Below, one piece after another: positions 46,019-56,224 of a stretch of 64,000 nt of DNA. This DNA comes from Candidatus Micrarchaeota archaeon. GTDB taxonomy: Archaea > Micrarchaeota > Micrarchaeia > Anstonellales > Bilamarchaeaceae. The stretch is from the NCBI GenBank assembly GCA_040758595.1, contig JBFLVJ010000003.1, forward strand, positions 20,721 to 84,720, written 5' to 3'. Made by a program: the position numbers and the translations under genes. The stretch's first letter is position 1; the number at the start of each line of letters is the position of its first letter. A model generated the notes under the pieces. The model had not been told where the DNA came from, ran no database searches, and saw only the letters and a program-made list of their open reading frames with translations.

Positions 46019-46593
46019 GGTCTCTCGACGAATTCGAAGATGCAGGCATCGGTCAGCCCGGTGGCCTTGCAGCTTTTCTCCACTGACGAGTATCGCTTCT
46101 TATAGAATGATTCCAGCACGCCCTCCATGACCCCGCGGACATAGTGGCATGCCGGCTTGCCGCACTTTCCGCGCGTCTTGAGCATCTCGAGCGCGATGGG
46201 AGAGTTGGCGGTGCTCAACACCACCTTCTTCCCGTTGTCCACCATCTCCACTATCTTTATGTCTCCCATACCGGTGAATTTCAGTATCTCCCTTCCCATC
46301 TCGAGCGACGGGTCTCCGGTAGTGGAGAGCCGCTGGAAGACCGTTCTCAGTTCAGCTTTCCGCGCCATGTATCTTTGGGAGCCGGTGGCGGTCTGATATA
46401 TCCCCATCTCGTGCATCACCCGCCCCGCGGCTTCCTCACCCATATCCTCGCTCAGCCTTTCGTGGAACCTGATGAGGACCTCTGCGGGCATGATGACCAT
46501 CGTACGGTCCAGTATGCTTATGGTCCCGTTCTCCATCCTCAGCATCTTGGTCGCGACGAGTTTCGACAGCATCTCTATGCTCAAGACAAACAC
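46015..46593 (-). CDS. V4R (4-vinyl reductase) domain protein
   Basis: GKPACHYVRGVMEGVLESF matches the conserved Cys-His...G..G V4R core, in ~190 aa. Confidence 0.45.
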   Translation of the reverse strand: MFVLSIEMLSKLVATKMLRMENGTISILDRTMVIMPAEVLIRFHERLSEDMGEEAAGRVMHEMGIYQTATGSQRYMARKAELRTVFQRLSTTGDPSLEMGREILKFTGMGDIKIVEMVDNGKKVVLSTANSPIALEMLKTRGKCGKPACHYVRGVMEGVLESFYKKRYSSVEKSCKATGLTDACIFEFVERP

Positions 46594-47432
46594 CAGCCTA
46601 TCATCTGGAGCAGCAATATGTATCTAAAGTTCTTAAGGATGAGCGATGCGGTCGCAGGGAGCGGGCTTGAGAGCAGTTTGGATGCGAAATGGTACCTGAG
46701 CGCTCCGGCCACAAGGTAGATGGCCAGGAAGAGCGTCGATAAACCGAGGAAATACCAGGGCACCCAGACGAGAAGCAGGGGCAGGCAGAACCCGATGAAG
46801 GTTATCCGCGCCGCCTTCTCCGGCGTGAAGACTATGGGGAGCGTCCTCATGCCCATCTCCCGGTCTCCTTGCACGTCTTTGTAGTCCTTTATCGAGAACG
46901 CTGGGATCTCGGTCAGGTACATGAACGCGGCTATGAGCACTATCTTCAGGCCGAGCCCCTGGAAGAGCAGGTACCCGGATACCAGAGGTATCACTATGTG
47001 GGTGGTCACCAGCGTGGCATAAGAGAGGTACCACCTGGATTTGGTCTGGGTGGAATACACTACCCCCAGTATGATGTAGAGAATATTCACGGCAATAAGC
47101 ATCGGGGAAGCGAGGGCGGCGAACACGAATCCAAGCGCTATCAGGAACAGCATGAGGGCCCAGGCGGAACGCACTTTGATGGAGCCGCAGGCCAGAGGCC
47201 GCTCCGGCGCGTTTGTCCTGTCGCCTTCGATGTCCTGGAGATTATTGACGATGGCCTGGGACATATAGGTGCAGAGTATCATGGGCGCCCCGAGAAGCGC
47301 CACCCTAAGATCGAATGTCCCGCTAAGGAGGACCCCTGCGGTGAAAGACACACAGGAGGCGAACGCTCGATTAGGCATGGTTATCTCTAATATGTCCCGG
47401 ATGGTCCGCTGGATAGAGGCAGTGTCCCCCAT
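46581..47432 (-). CDS. UbiA-family prenyltransferase (candidate digeranylgeranylglyceryl phosphate synthase)
   Basis: Polytopic TM protein with Asp-rich motifs NNLQDIEGD and DYKDVQGD. Confidence 0.6.
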   Translation of the reverse strand: MGDTASIQRTIRDILEITMPNRAFASCVSFTAGVLLSGTFDLRVALLGAPMILCTYMSQAIVNNLQDIEGDRTNAPERPLACGSIKVRSAWALMLFLIALGFVFAALASPMLIAVNILYIILGVVYSTQTKSRWYLSYATLVTTHIVIPLVSGYLLFQGLGLKIVLIAAFMYLTEIPAFSIKDYKDVQGDREMGMRTLPIVFTPEKAARITFIGFCLPLLLVWVPWYFLGLSTLFLAIYLVAGALRYHFASKLLSSPLPATASLILKNFRYILLLQMIGWCLS

Positions 47433-47441
47433 GCCATCACC

Positions 47442-48197
47442 TCACCTGGGCTTGTGGGCGTAATCCACCTTCTCGAAGCCGGGATAGACCATCTTCAGGG
47501 CGCTGAAAGGCTTGTTCTGATACTCCTCGATGATGTGGGCCGTCATGGCGAGCGACCTGCTCATGAGGAAGAAGGCCGGCCCGAAGGACGGGTCCTTGAA
47601 CCCGAGGTCCAGGAGTATGGCGCCGTTTATCCCATCGATATTCCCGTAGATGCCTTTCTCCTTGTTGAGTATGGACTCTATCCTCTCGAATTTCTTCATC
47701 GCATCGCCCCGGAGGCCGAGCGAATGGTATATCTCTTTGAGGATCGGCGGCCTCGGGTCCTTTCTGAGGATGGGGTGGCCGAAGCCGGGTATCTTCCCGG
47801 AGGTTTTGAGTTTTTCGAGGACATGCCCCTCCAGCTCCTCGAGCCCCACGCTCGAATAGAGCTCCATGATGCTCTGTATGGCCGATGTGTGGGCCGGGCC
47901 GCCCGAGCAGAATCCGGCCGAGAGGCATTGCGCCATCGGCGCCCGGGTGGTTGCGGCGAGCCTCGCCGAGAATATCGTCGGGACAGTGATGTTCCAGCCG
48001 CCGCAGAAGCTTACCAGGACAGCGTTCAGCATCTTCTTCTCGTTCTTCGACGGCTTCTTATGGATCCAGGCATGGAATATGGTCTCCACAAAATCAGAGT
48101 TCTTGACTAATTCTAGAAGATTCTTATCCCGGATGTATAAAATTTCTTTATCTATGTCAACCCAATCCACCGCACTCTCTAGTGCCCCTGAATCCAT
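47442..48197 (-). CDS. Citrate synthase-like protein, short form (citryl-CoA lyase-like)
   Basis: GFGHPILRKDPR resembles the citrate synthase catalytic His motif GFGHRVY. At ~250 aa it is too short for a full CS but matches the CCL-type size. Confidence 0.45.
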   Translation of the reverse strand: MDSGALESAVDWVDIDKEILYIRDKNLLELVKNSDFVETIFHAWIHKKPSKNEKKMLNAVLVSFCGGWNITVPTIFSARLAATTRAPMAQCLSAGFCSGGPAHTSAIQSIMELYSSVGLEELEGHVLEKLKTSGKIPGFGHPILRKDPRPPILKEIYHSLGLRGDAMKKFERIESILNKEKGIYGNIDGINGAILLDLGFKDPSFGPAFFLMSRSLAMTAHIIEEYQNKPFSALKMVYPGFEKVDYAHKPR

Positions 48198-48371
48198 CGC
48201 TATCCCCCCGCACCGCCGTTATCTAAAGAAAAAATCCCCCTATTCAGCAGCCGGATACACATTATACTTTTTTAAGTCTTTCGGCTATTTTCATATAATT
48301 TATATAAATTGATGATAAAAAATCTATAGAAATGGCATATTCTTTAAAACTCTCTCCGGCACATCCAGTCC

Positions 48372-49286
48372 ATGGGCGGTTTCAGGACTCGGGATCAACA
48401 TCGATGTTCTGCATCGGATGGGGGCAGATCCCCTGGACTGGCCGCCCTCCCTAATCAACCGCGCAGGAGGGGCCGGCCGCCCTCTTCTTTCGAGAAGCGT
48501 ATCCTGCTGGAGCCATATTCCTGCCCGGCATGCGGCTTCGGGAACAATCCATCCGAAGCAGAGCCCCAATCCGCAGGACAGCTCGCCCATCTGTCCAAAG
48601 CTCGCATCATCGCCTCCCTCTCCCTGGGTACGGTGCATGACGTAAAAAACTCTCTGACCGCCGTCATAGGCAACCTTCATCTGATGGATGTGATCCTCTC
48701 AAAGCTGGAATTGTCGCCCGAGATAAGGGCTGAATTGGATGCTATGCTCGGGGATATGGAGGTGAGCTCCCGATCCGCACTGGACACCTGCGGAAGGCTC
48801 GAGAGGCTCGGATCAGGGAAAAAGACGAAACTGCGTGTCTGGCTTCGGGAGCTGGTGGATTCAACATTCGAGCTGGCAAAACACCCGATCCGCCAATCCG
48901 AGGCGCTTGAGAAGAAGAGGGTCGTGGTGGTCAACCGCGTCCCCCCTCAAATCGCATTAGAGACAGTTCCGCAGGAGCTTCAGATGGCCATGCTCAATAT
49001 AGTGCTCAACTCGGTCAAACACGGCATCCCTCCAGGTTCCAGGGGGACCGTCAGCGCGGATGCCTCCCGGGAAGACGGCCATGTGGACATCAGCATATCC
49101 AATGACGGCGTGCCCATACCACCGAGGCTTCTTCCATCTCTTTTCAAATCTCCATTGTCATCGGATTGCGAGAGCGGCCTCGGATTATACATCTCGGCGA
49201 TGAGCATAGCCGAGCTGGGCGGCACGATATCCTGCATCAGCGATGCTAAGGGCACCGAATTCAAGATAAGGATGCCTGCGCACTAA
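48372..49286 (+). CDS. Sensor histidine kinase (HisKA + HATPase_c), no adjacent response regulator
   Basis: H-box HDVKNSLTAVIGNL, an N-box around NSVKHG and a G-box GLGLYIS are present. The true start is uncertain; the ORF is open from 48372. Confidence 0.6.
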   Translation: MGGFRTRDQHRCSASDGGRSPGLAALPNQPRRRGRPPSSFEKRILLEPYSCPACGFGNNPSEAEPQSAGQLAHLSKARIIASLSLGTVHDVKNSLTAVIGNLHLMDVILSKLELSPEIRAELDAMLGDMEVSSRSALDTCGRLERLGSGKKTKLRVWLRELVDSTFELAKHPIRQSEALEKKRVVVVNRVPPQIALETVPQELQMAMLNIVLNSVKHGIPPGSRGTVSADASREDGHVDISISNDGVPIPPRLLPSLFKSPLSSDCESGLGLYISAMSIAELGGTISCISDAKGTEFKIRMPAH

Positions 49287-50704
49287 CCCTTCTTCTGCTT
49301 GTAGATATGTATCGCCCTTCCCAGGGCCTCTTCGCATGCCTCGGCTACCGATTCCGGGAGGGTGGGGTGCGCGTGTATCGTGATCGCCAGATCCTCGAGC
49401 ATGGCGCCCATCTCGAGCGCCAATGCGCCTTCTGCTATGAGGTCCTCGGCTCCAGGGCCTATGATATGCATCCCGAGCAGCAGGCCGCTCTTATCCGCAA
49501 CGACCTTGACGAACCCTTCGGTCTCGCCGAGAATCCTTGCTTTCCCTGAGGCAGAGAACGGCATCTTCCCGATCACGATGTCATGCCCGCCGGCCTTGGC
49601 CTGCTCCTCGGTCATGCCTACGCTCGCCATCGTCGGATTGGAGAATACCACCATCGGCACAGCCACATTGTCGAATGCGCTCTTCTGCCCTGCGATTGTC
49701 TCGGCGGCCACTTTGCCCTCACGGAATGCCTTGTGGGCCAGCTGGGGTCCAGGGACCGCGTCGCCGACCGCGAATATGTCCGGCTCCGAAGTCCTCATCT
49801 GATGATCGACCGCGATGCGGCCGTCCTTGAGCGCAATCCTTGTGTTCTGCAGGCCGAGCCCTTCGAAAGACACCTCTCGCCCTATAGCTATGAGCAGCCT
49901 GTCGAATCCAACTGCGCTCTCTCCATCAGGACCCTTCACTATCGCCTTCCCTTCCTTGGCGCTCACCACATCGCTCTTGAATAGCACCTGCCCGCCCATA
50001 TCATTTATCCTCTTGGCGAGCAGCGCGCTCATCTCAGGCTCCAGGCTCTTCACCAGCCTCTCTCCGCGGTATATTATCGTGACCTTGGAGCCCAGGCCCA
50101 GGAACATGCAGGCCATCTCCACCGCTATGTACCCCCCACCCACTATGGCGATGCGCTTTGGTACCTCTCTGAGAGATAGCGCGTCATCCGAGTCTATAAT
50201 CTGGTCGTGGTCGAACGGGATTGTGGGGTGCGCTTTCACCACCGTGCCGGTGGCGATGACCGCCTTGTTGAACTCGAAAGCGCGGCCGCCGCTGTCGCTA
50301 TGGACGCCGATCCTGCGTGCGGATTCGAAAGAGGCGTCGCCTTTCACCACCTCGACCCCGTTCATCCTCAGGAGCATCTTGACCCCGTCTCGCATCCTCT
50401 CCACGATGCCCTCTTTCCACTGCTGGGTCTTGCTGAAATCCAGCTTCACCTCGGCTTCCAGGCCCATGGCCTTGGCGATCCCCATCTGCCTCCTCATCTC
50501 GGATGCGTGGATGAGCGCCTTGGTCGGTATGCAGCCCACGTTGGTGCATACGCCGCCCAGCTCGCCCTTCTCGACGAGCACGACCTGCATGCCCAGCTTC
50601 GCCGCCCGGATGGCCGCGGTGTATCCGCCCGGCCCGCCGCCGATGACGACGACGTCGGTCTTTGTCGCGAGTTCTCCCATTACCATGCAACTTTCCCCCA
50701 GCAA
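49283..50704 (-). CDS. lpdA: Dihydrolipoyl dehydrogenase (E3)
   Basis: The FAD motif VVVIGGGPGGY and the redox disulfide GGVCTNVGCIPTK are present. The probable start is MGELATK near 50680. Confidence 0.85.
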   Translation of the reverse strand: MLGESCMVMGELATKTDVVVIGGGPGGYTAAIRAAKLGMQVVLVEKGELGGVCTNVGCIPTKALIHASEMRRQMGIAKAMGLEAEVKLDFSKTQQWKEGIVERMRDGVKMLLRMNGVEVVKGDASFESARRIGVHSDSGGRAFEFNKAVIATGTVVKAHPTIPFDHDQIIDSDDALSLREVPKRIAIVGGGYIAVEMACMFLGLGSKVTIIYRGERLVKSLEPEMSALLAKRINDMGGQVLFKSDVVSAKEGKAIVKGPDGESAVGFDRLLIAIGREVSFEGLGLQNTRIALKDGRIAVDHQMRTSEPDIFAVGDAVPGPQLAHKAFREGKVAAETIAGQKSAFDNVAVPMVVFSNPTMASVGMTEEQAKAGGHDIVIGKMPFSASGKARILGETEGFVKVVADKSGLLLGMHIIGPGAEDLIAEGALALEMGAMLEDLAITIHAHPTLPESVAEACEEALGRAIHIYKQKKG

Positions 50705-50755
50705 TCCTCATGATAAAGTTTCATCAAACTTCCTGAGTCCATACTCCAGCCTCTT

Positions 50756-52486
50756 TCACTTCCTTTTCGCGAGCTCCCTCTCGATCCTATCGACCGGATA
50801 AGTATTAAGAATGTCCCTGGCCTCCAGCCAGCCCCTCCTCGCCTGGTCCACGGCATACCTCATGTAGCGCAGGTGGCTCCTGTCATGCGCGTCGGTGGAC
50901 ACCGTGAACCGGCATCCGGCTTCCTTGGCCGCCTTTATGTGCGCGTCCTTCAGATCCAGCCTCGTCGGGAATCCGTCTATCTCGAGGAAGGTGCCCGTGC
51001 TCTTGCACACATCGAACAGCTTCTCCATGTCGAGCTTGTATGGCTCCCTCTGGTTTATCACCCGCCCTGTCGGGTGGGCCAGCGCGTGTATCGGATAGCC
51101 TTCTATCGCATCGCATATCCGTTTGGTCATCTCATTCTCCGGGCTGTTGAATCCGCTGTGGACCGCCGCGAGCACGAAGTCGAGCCCCTCCAGCGTTTTC
51201 CTTGAAAGCGCGAGCTTCCCGTCCTTGGTGATGTCCACCTCGGTCCCCTTGAATATCCGTATGCCGTGCTTCTCGTTCAGGCGCTCTATCTCCTTGCCCT
51301 GCTCTGCCAGCCTTTTCTCATTGAGCGCGTTCGCCACCGGAAGCGCGCTCCCTCCGTGGTCTGTTATGGCCACGAAACAATATCCCATATCGCTCGCCGC
51401 TTTGGCCATCTCCTCGACAGAGCCGTTGCCGTCGCTCCATGCGGTCTGGGTCTGGAGATCCCCTCTGACATCCTTCAGCTCCACCAGGTGCGGCAGCTTC
51501 CTTTTGGCCGCGGCTTCTATCTCGCCGGTATTCTCCCTCAGCTCGGGTTCGATGTGCTGCAGTCCCAGCCTCCCGTAGATCTCCTCCTCGCTCTTTCCCG
51601 CCACCAGCTTCTTGCCTTTGATGGTGAAGAGGCCGTACTCGCTGAGCGTCAGGCCCTTCTTGTTGGCGAGCCTTCTTAGCACCACGTTGTGCTCCTTGCT
51701 ACCGCTGAAATACTGGAGCGCGCTGCCGAACTCCCTCTCCTCCAGCACCCGGAAATCCACATGCATGCCGTTGTCCAGCGTCACCGCAGACCTCGTCTTC
51801 CCATGGGCGAGCATGTCCTTCACTTCCGGCATCCCGGCCACGAGGCGCATGACCTCTTCCGGCCGTGAGGATATTATCAGGAAGTCCAGGTCGCCGACGG
51901 TCTCCTTCCTCCTCCGGTAGCTGCCGGCTATCTCCACCTTCCTGACCGACTTCATCTCGGCTATCCGGGATTTTATCTCCTCTGCGAGAGGCTCCACGCT
52001 GCCGAGGAGGAACCTCGCCTCTCCTTTCCTGGCGAGGGCGACACCCTTCAGCATGCTCTTCTCCACGGCCTTCCCCAGACCCTTGACCTTGCTTATCTTT
52101 CCGGCCTTGGCGGCATTTTCTAGCCCCTTGAGGTCCTTGATGCCGAGCTTGTCATAGAGCAGTTTGATGCGTTTCGGGCCGAGCCCCTGGACGGCCATCA
52201 GCTCCTCTATCTTGAGCGGGAACTCTTTCTTGAGCCTCTCGTAGTACTCCAGCCTGCCGGTCTTGATGAGCTCTTCTATCTTCAGTGCTATGTGCTTGCC
52301 GATGCCCGGAAGCTCTTCAAGCCCCTTGACGCCGTCCCGGGCATACAGCCCGGATACCTCTTCGGAAAGCGTCTCCACGGTCCTGGCCGCCTTCTCATAG
52401 GCCCTGGGCTTGAACCGCACCTCCTGCATCTCCAGCAGCTGCGCGACTGCATACAGCACCTTCGCTATGTCGGCGTTCCGCATCAT
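50756..52486 (-). CDS. polX: DNA polymerase X family protein with C-terminal PHP phosphoesterase domain
   Basis: Pol-beta-like N-terminus (HhH, GIGK.IA.KI) and C-terminal PHP histidine motifs (HTHS-type: DLHVHS-like HAHPTGR, DAHD). Confidence 0.75.
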   Translation of the reverse strand: MMRNADIAKVLYAVAQLLEMQEVRFKPRAYEKAARTVETLSEEVSGLYARDGVKGLEELPGIGKHIALKIEELIKTGRLEYYERLKKEFPLKIEELMAVQGLGPKRIKLLYDKLGIKDLKGLENAAKAGKISKVKGLGKAVEKSMLKGVALARKGEARFLLGSVEPLAEEIKSRIAEMKSVRKVEIAGSYRRRKETVGDLDFLIISSRPEEVMRLVAGMPEVKDMLAHGKTRSAVTLDNGMHVDFRVLEEREFGSALQYFSGSKEHNVVLRRLANKKGLTLSEYGLFTIKGKKLVAGKSEEEIYGRLGLQHIEPELRENTGEIEAAAKRKLPHLVELKDVRGDLQTQTAWSDGNGSVEEMAKAASDMGYCFVAITDHGGSALPVANALNEKRLAEQGKEIERLNEKHGIRIFKGTEVDITKDGKLALSRKTLEGLDFVLAAVHSGFNSPENEMTKRICDAIEGYPIHALAHPTGRVINQREPYKLDMEKLFDVCKSTGTFLEIDGFPTRLDLKDAHIKAAKEAGCRFTVSTDAHDRSHLRYMRYAVDQARRGWLEARDILNTYPVDRIERELAKRK

Positions 52487-53835
52487 ATCATATCAACGAG
52501 CATCAGATCCGGGTCCTCGAGGTGTCTCATCACCGTGTTCATGAATTCGGTGGCCTCGGCCCCGTCAGCCACGCGGTGGTCGAAGCAGAGCGAGATGCCC
52601 ATTATCTTCCTCGGCTTGACCTTCCCGCCGACCATCGTCGGCATCTCCTTTATCCTGTGGACCCCCATTATCGCTATCTCGGGCGGGTTGATTATGGGCG
52701 TGGAGTACATGCCCCCGACGCTTCCGACATTGGTTATGCTGAAGGTGCCGCCCCGTATCTCGTCAAGGGTAAGCTTCCTCTCCTTGGCCTTTGCGGCCAG
52801 GTGCTCTATCTCTTGGGCGATCTCGATTATCGAGCGCCGGTCCACATCCTTGATGACCGGGACCATGAGGCCTTCGGGTGTGTTGACCGCGATGCCGATA
52901 TTGTGCTTCGCCCTTATCACGAGCTCGCCCGCGCCCTCATCGAAGTTCGCGTTGAACCTCGGGAACTCCTTCAAGGCTATGGCGCACGCCTTCACGATGA
53001 AGGAGAGATATGTCAGCTTCACGCCTTTGGAGGCGAAGTTCTTCTTCTCCTTCTCCCGGACTATCGATAGCTTCGTGATATCCACGAAGTCCATGCCGCA
53101 TGCGTGCGGGATGTGCGTCTTGGAATAGGTCATCCTCTCTGCGATGACCTTTCTTAGCCTGGTGAGGGGGACGTGCTTGTCGCCCTCTTCGGATGCGACC
53201 GGCATCGGAGGGCTTGCAGTCCGGCCGGAGATGACCGCCCCTGCACCGGCAGTCTCGGTCCCTGAGGTCCCCGGTCCCGGGGTTTCGGGTTTTGCGGTTC
53301 CGGGGCCTGCGCCCTTCGCTCTGGCAAGATCCCCCTCGGTTATCCTGCCCCCGGGCCCGGTTCCCTCCACCTTTGTGATGTCCATGCCCATCTCGCGGGC
53401 GTGCTTCCTCGTGGCCGGTGTCGCGAGCACGCGGCCGGCAGGCAAAGGCGTTCTGGGTCCCGGGGTCTCGGGTTTCGTTGTTCCGGGTTGCGCGGCAAGC
53501 GGAGCTGGTCTGGCGGCTCCGGGTTCCGGAGTTTTGGGTTTTGTTGTTTTAGGTCTAGGTGTTGCGGGTTCAGCAGCTGCCGCGCTCTCTCCGGCAGCGC
53601 CTATGACCACGAGCACCTCGCCGACCTTGACCACGTCGCCTTCCTTGAATCCGACCTTGAGTACCGTGCCCGAAGAGGGCGATGGCATCTCCACGATCGC
53701 CTTGTCGGTCTCTATCTCGGCCAGCACCTGGTCGGCCTTGACCGGATCTCCCTCTTTCACATGCCATTTCACTATGGTGCCTTCGTTGATACCTTCGCCC
53801 ACATCCGGAAACCTGAATTCTGTCGCGATATCCAT
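52483..53835 (-). CDS. Dihydrolipoamide acyltransferase (E2) with N-terminal lipoyl domain and Pro/Thr-rich repeated linkers
   Basis: Lipoyl-lysine motif EIETDKA, then repeated linkers (TTKPETPGPRTP / TAKPETPGPGTSGTE). The E3-binding domain and the catalytic DHRVADG are present. Confidence 0.85.
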   Translation of the reverse strand: MDIATEFRFPDVGEGINEGTIVKWHVKEGDPVKADQVLAEIETDKAIVEMPSPSSGTVLKVGFKEGDVVKVGEVLVVIGAAGESAAAAEPATPRPKTTKPKTPEPGAARPAPLAAQPGTTKPETPGPRTPLPAGRVLATPATRKHAREMGMDITKVEGTGPGGRITEGDLARAKGAGPGTAKPETPGPGTSGTETAGAGAVISGRTASPPMPVASEEGDKHVPLTRLRKVIAERMTYSKTHIPHACGMDFVDITKLSIVREKEKKNFASKGVKLTYLSFIVKACAIALKEFPRFNANFDEGAGELVIRAKHNIGIAVNTPEGLMVPVIKDVDRRSIIEIAQEIEHLAAKAKERKLTLDEIRGGTFSITNVGSVGGMYSTPIINPPEIAIMGVHRIKEMPTMVGGKVKPRKIMGISLCFDHRVADGAEATEFMNTVMRHLEDPDLMLVDMI

Positions 53836-53841
53836 TCCCCC

Positions 53842-54816
53842 CTAGAAGCGGGCAGTCTCGATGATGCCCTGCAGTATCCTCCTTTTATCCGGGAAATAAT
53901 GATCCTCGGTCTTCGGGTACGGGATGTTGATGTCCCAGCCTGTGACCCTCTTTATCGGAGCCTCGAGGCTCAGCAAGGCCTTCTCGGCTATCCTCGCCGA
54001 TATCTCAGCCCCGAACCCAAGCGTCTTGGGCGCCTCGTGCACGATGACGCACCTGCCGGTCTTCTCCACCGAACCGAGCACGGTCTCCCAGTCGCACGGG
54101 GAGAGCGTCCTCAGGTCCACATGCTCCACAGAGATGCCCTGCTGCCCTGCCTCTACGACCGCGTCCTTGCTGACGTGCGTCATCGCTCCCCATGATATGA
54201 GCGTTATGTCTCCCCCTTCCTTGAGCACATTCGCCTTCCCGATGGGGACCGTGTATCTCTCTTCCGGCACCTCCTCCTTGAATGCGCGATAGAGCCTCTT
54301 GGGCTCGAAGTAGAGCACCGGGTCCTCTTCCTCCAGCGCTGATGCGAGGAGGCCTTTCGCATCATAAGGTGATGAGGGGTAGACGAGCTTCAGGCCGGGC
54401 ATGTGGAGGTATATGCTCTCCGCGCTCTCGCCATGGTGCTCGAGCGCTCGTATCCCCCCGCTGCAAGGCAGACGGAGGACCATGGGCACCGTGAAAGCGC
54501 CCCTCGTCCGGTAGCGCAGCCTCGAGGCGTGCTGGATCACCTGGTGGTAGGCCTGGTAATCGAAACCCTGGAACTGTATCTCAGGGACCGCGCGGACGCC
54601 CATGGCCGCCATGCCTATGGCAGTCCCCACGATGCCGTTCTCGGATAGCGGGGTGTCGATCACACGTTCGCCGCCGAACTTCGCGAACAGGCCTTCGGTC
54701 ACCCTGAATACCCCGCCGTCCACGCCGACATCCTCTCCGAGCACCACTATGGAAGCATCGCGCTCCATCTCCTGCTTGAGGCAGGCGTTTATGGCCTCGA
54801 CCATGTTCATCTTCAT
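53842..54816 (-). CDS. 2-oxoacid dehydrogenase E1 component beta subunit
   Basis: Transketolase-like C-terminal fold. It sits directly between the E1 alpha and E2 genes. Confidence 0.85.
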   Translation of the reverse strand: MKMNMVEAINACLKQEMERDASIVVLGEDVGVDGGVFRVTEGLFAKFGGERVIDTPLSENGIVGTAIGMAAMGVRAVPEIQFQGFDYQAYHQVIQHASRLRYRTRGAFTVPMVLRLPCSGGIRALEHHGESAESIYLHMPGLKLVYPSSPYDAKGLLASALEEEDPVLYFEPKRLYRAFKEEVPEERYTVPIGKANVLKEGGDITLISWGAMTHVSKDAVVEAGQQGISVEHVDLRTLSPCDWETVLGSVEKTGRCVIVHEAPKTLGFGAEISARIAEKALLSLEAPIKRVTGWDINIPYPKTEDHYFPDKRRILQGIIETARF

Positions 54817-54868
54817 TGAAAACCCTCTCTGCTCTTCTCAGTGGGGTTTTCCATCCCCATCATCTGCT

Positions 54869-55927
54869 TCACTTGAAACATTCCTCCATCTGCTCTTCAT
54901 GGTCCTTGGTCATGGATGCGAAGTTGTATCTGAACATGTCTCTAGGATCGGGCTTGAAGGCCTCGGCCTTGGCGATGGCGTCATCTATCTTCTTGAGCGC
55001 TCCATCCGCGACCTCTTTCTCGTAATCCTCGCTCCAGATCCCCTTGCCCTTCAGGTAAATCTTGAAACGTTCGATGGGGTCGCGCTCGGTCCAGTATGCC
55101 AGCTCCTTCTCGGTCCGGTATTTCTTCGGGTCGTCCGCCGTGGTGTGGGGCCCCATCCTGTAGGTGATGCACTCCACCACCCGCGGGCCTTTGCCGGCGC
55201 GCGCCTCATCGGCGGCCTCCTTGACCGCCTTGTAGACCGCGAGCACATCGTTGCCGTCCACCTGGACGCCTGTGAATCCGTAGGCGAGGGCCTTCTGCGC
55301 CAGCGTCTTGGATGCGGTCTGGTCTTTCCTGGGCACAGATATCGCCCAGCCGTTATTGGAGATTATGAAAACACAGGGGGCGTTCCACACTCCGGCGAAA
55401 TTCATCGCGTCGTGGAAATCGCCCTCGCTTGTGGCCCCGTCTCCGCAGAACGCGATGAACGCATTCTTCCCCCCTCTCAGCCTCGACGCGTATGCCGCCC
55501 CGACCGCATGGGGGAGGTGGCTCGCTATCGGCACGGCATATGGGAATACCCTCGCCTGTTTGTCCAGCTTGAGCCCTTCCTCCACGCCCATCCAGTTGAG
55601 GTTGACCTGCTCAAGCGGGCCTCCCCTCAGATGGTATACCCAGTACTCTCTGTAGGTGGGGAACAGCCAATCCTCTTTGATGGATGCGAATGCCGCGCCC
55701 ACCCCGACGGCTTCCTGGCCCTGAAGGGGGGCATATGTGTACATCCTTCCGGTCCTTTGGAGCACGAGATTCTTCTTGTCCCAGTGCCTGGCCAGGACCA
55801 TGCTCCGGTACATCCTGTCGAGCGTCTCTTTCTTGAGCTTGGGCTCCAGCTTCTCGTCCACGTTGCCGTCCTTGTCGAGGACCTGCATATAATCGACTTT
55901 CCCCTCGAAAGCTGTCGTTATCGGCAT
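54869..55927 (-). CDS. 2-oxoacid dehydrogenase E1 component alpha subunit (TPP-binding)
   Basis: The TPP motif GDGATSEGDFHDAMNFAG and the phosphorylation-loop-like YRMGPHTTADD are present. Confidence 0.85.
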   Translation of the reverse strand: MPITTAFEGKVDYMQVLDKDGNVDEKLEPKLKKETLDRMYRSMVLARHWDKKNLVLQRTGRMYTYAPLQGQEAVGVGAAFASIKEDWLFPTYREYWVYHLRGGPLEQVNLNWMGVEEGLKLDKQARVFPYAVPIASHLPHAVGAAYASRLRGGKNAFIAFCGDGATSEGDFHDAMNFAGVWNAPCVFIISNNGWAISVPRKDQTASKTLAQKALAYGFTGVQVDGNDVLAVYKAVKEAADEARAGKGPRVVECITYRMGPHTTADDPKKYRTEKELAYWTERDPIERFKIYLKGKGIWSEDYEKEVADGALKKIDDAIAKAEAFKPDPRDMFRYNFASMTKDHEEQMEECFK

Positions 55928-56224
55928 AAGGCTCGATAACGATACTTAGAGTAATATTATAAGAGTTAGGGCAAGCCACCCCTCGACTTCTTCTGGCATA
56001 CCGGGAATGCGTGATGGTTTCCTGTTTCCAGTCTCCGGTTGTTGCGCACCACTCCCTCTCTTCCCACCCAGCAGTTTCAGGCATCCGACCAAGGCTTCCG
56101 TCGCTCAGCATCCTGGAGAGGTGCGTCCTCGCCTTCCGCCGAATCTCCGGATCAGGACAGCGTTCAAGCATCCCCAGCTTCTCCCCGGCCGGGTTTTGTT
56201 TATCTCTGCCCGGTATTTATAAAG

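Noticed and set aside
53200-53620. Possible CRISPR-like or tandem repeat array
   Set aside because: The repeats are in-frame coding units of the E2 Pro/Thr linker. They have no regular spacer structure and no cas genes nearby. No CRISPR array is present anywhere in the window.
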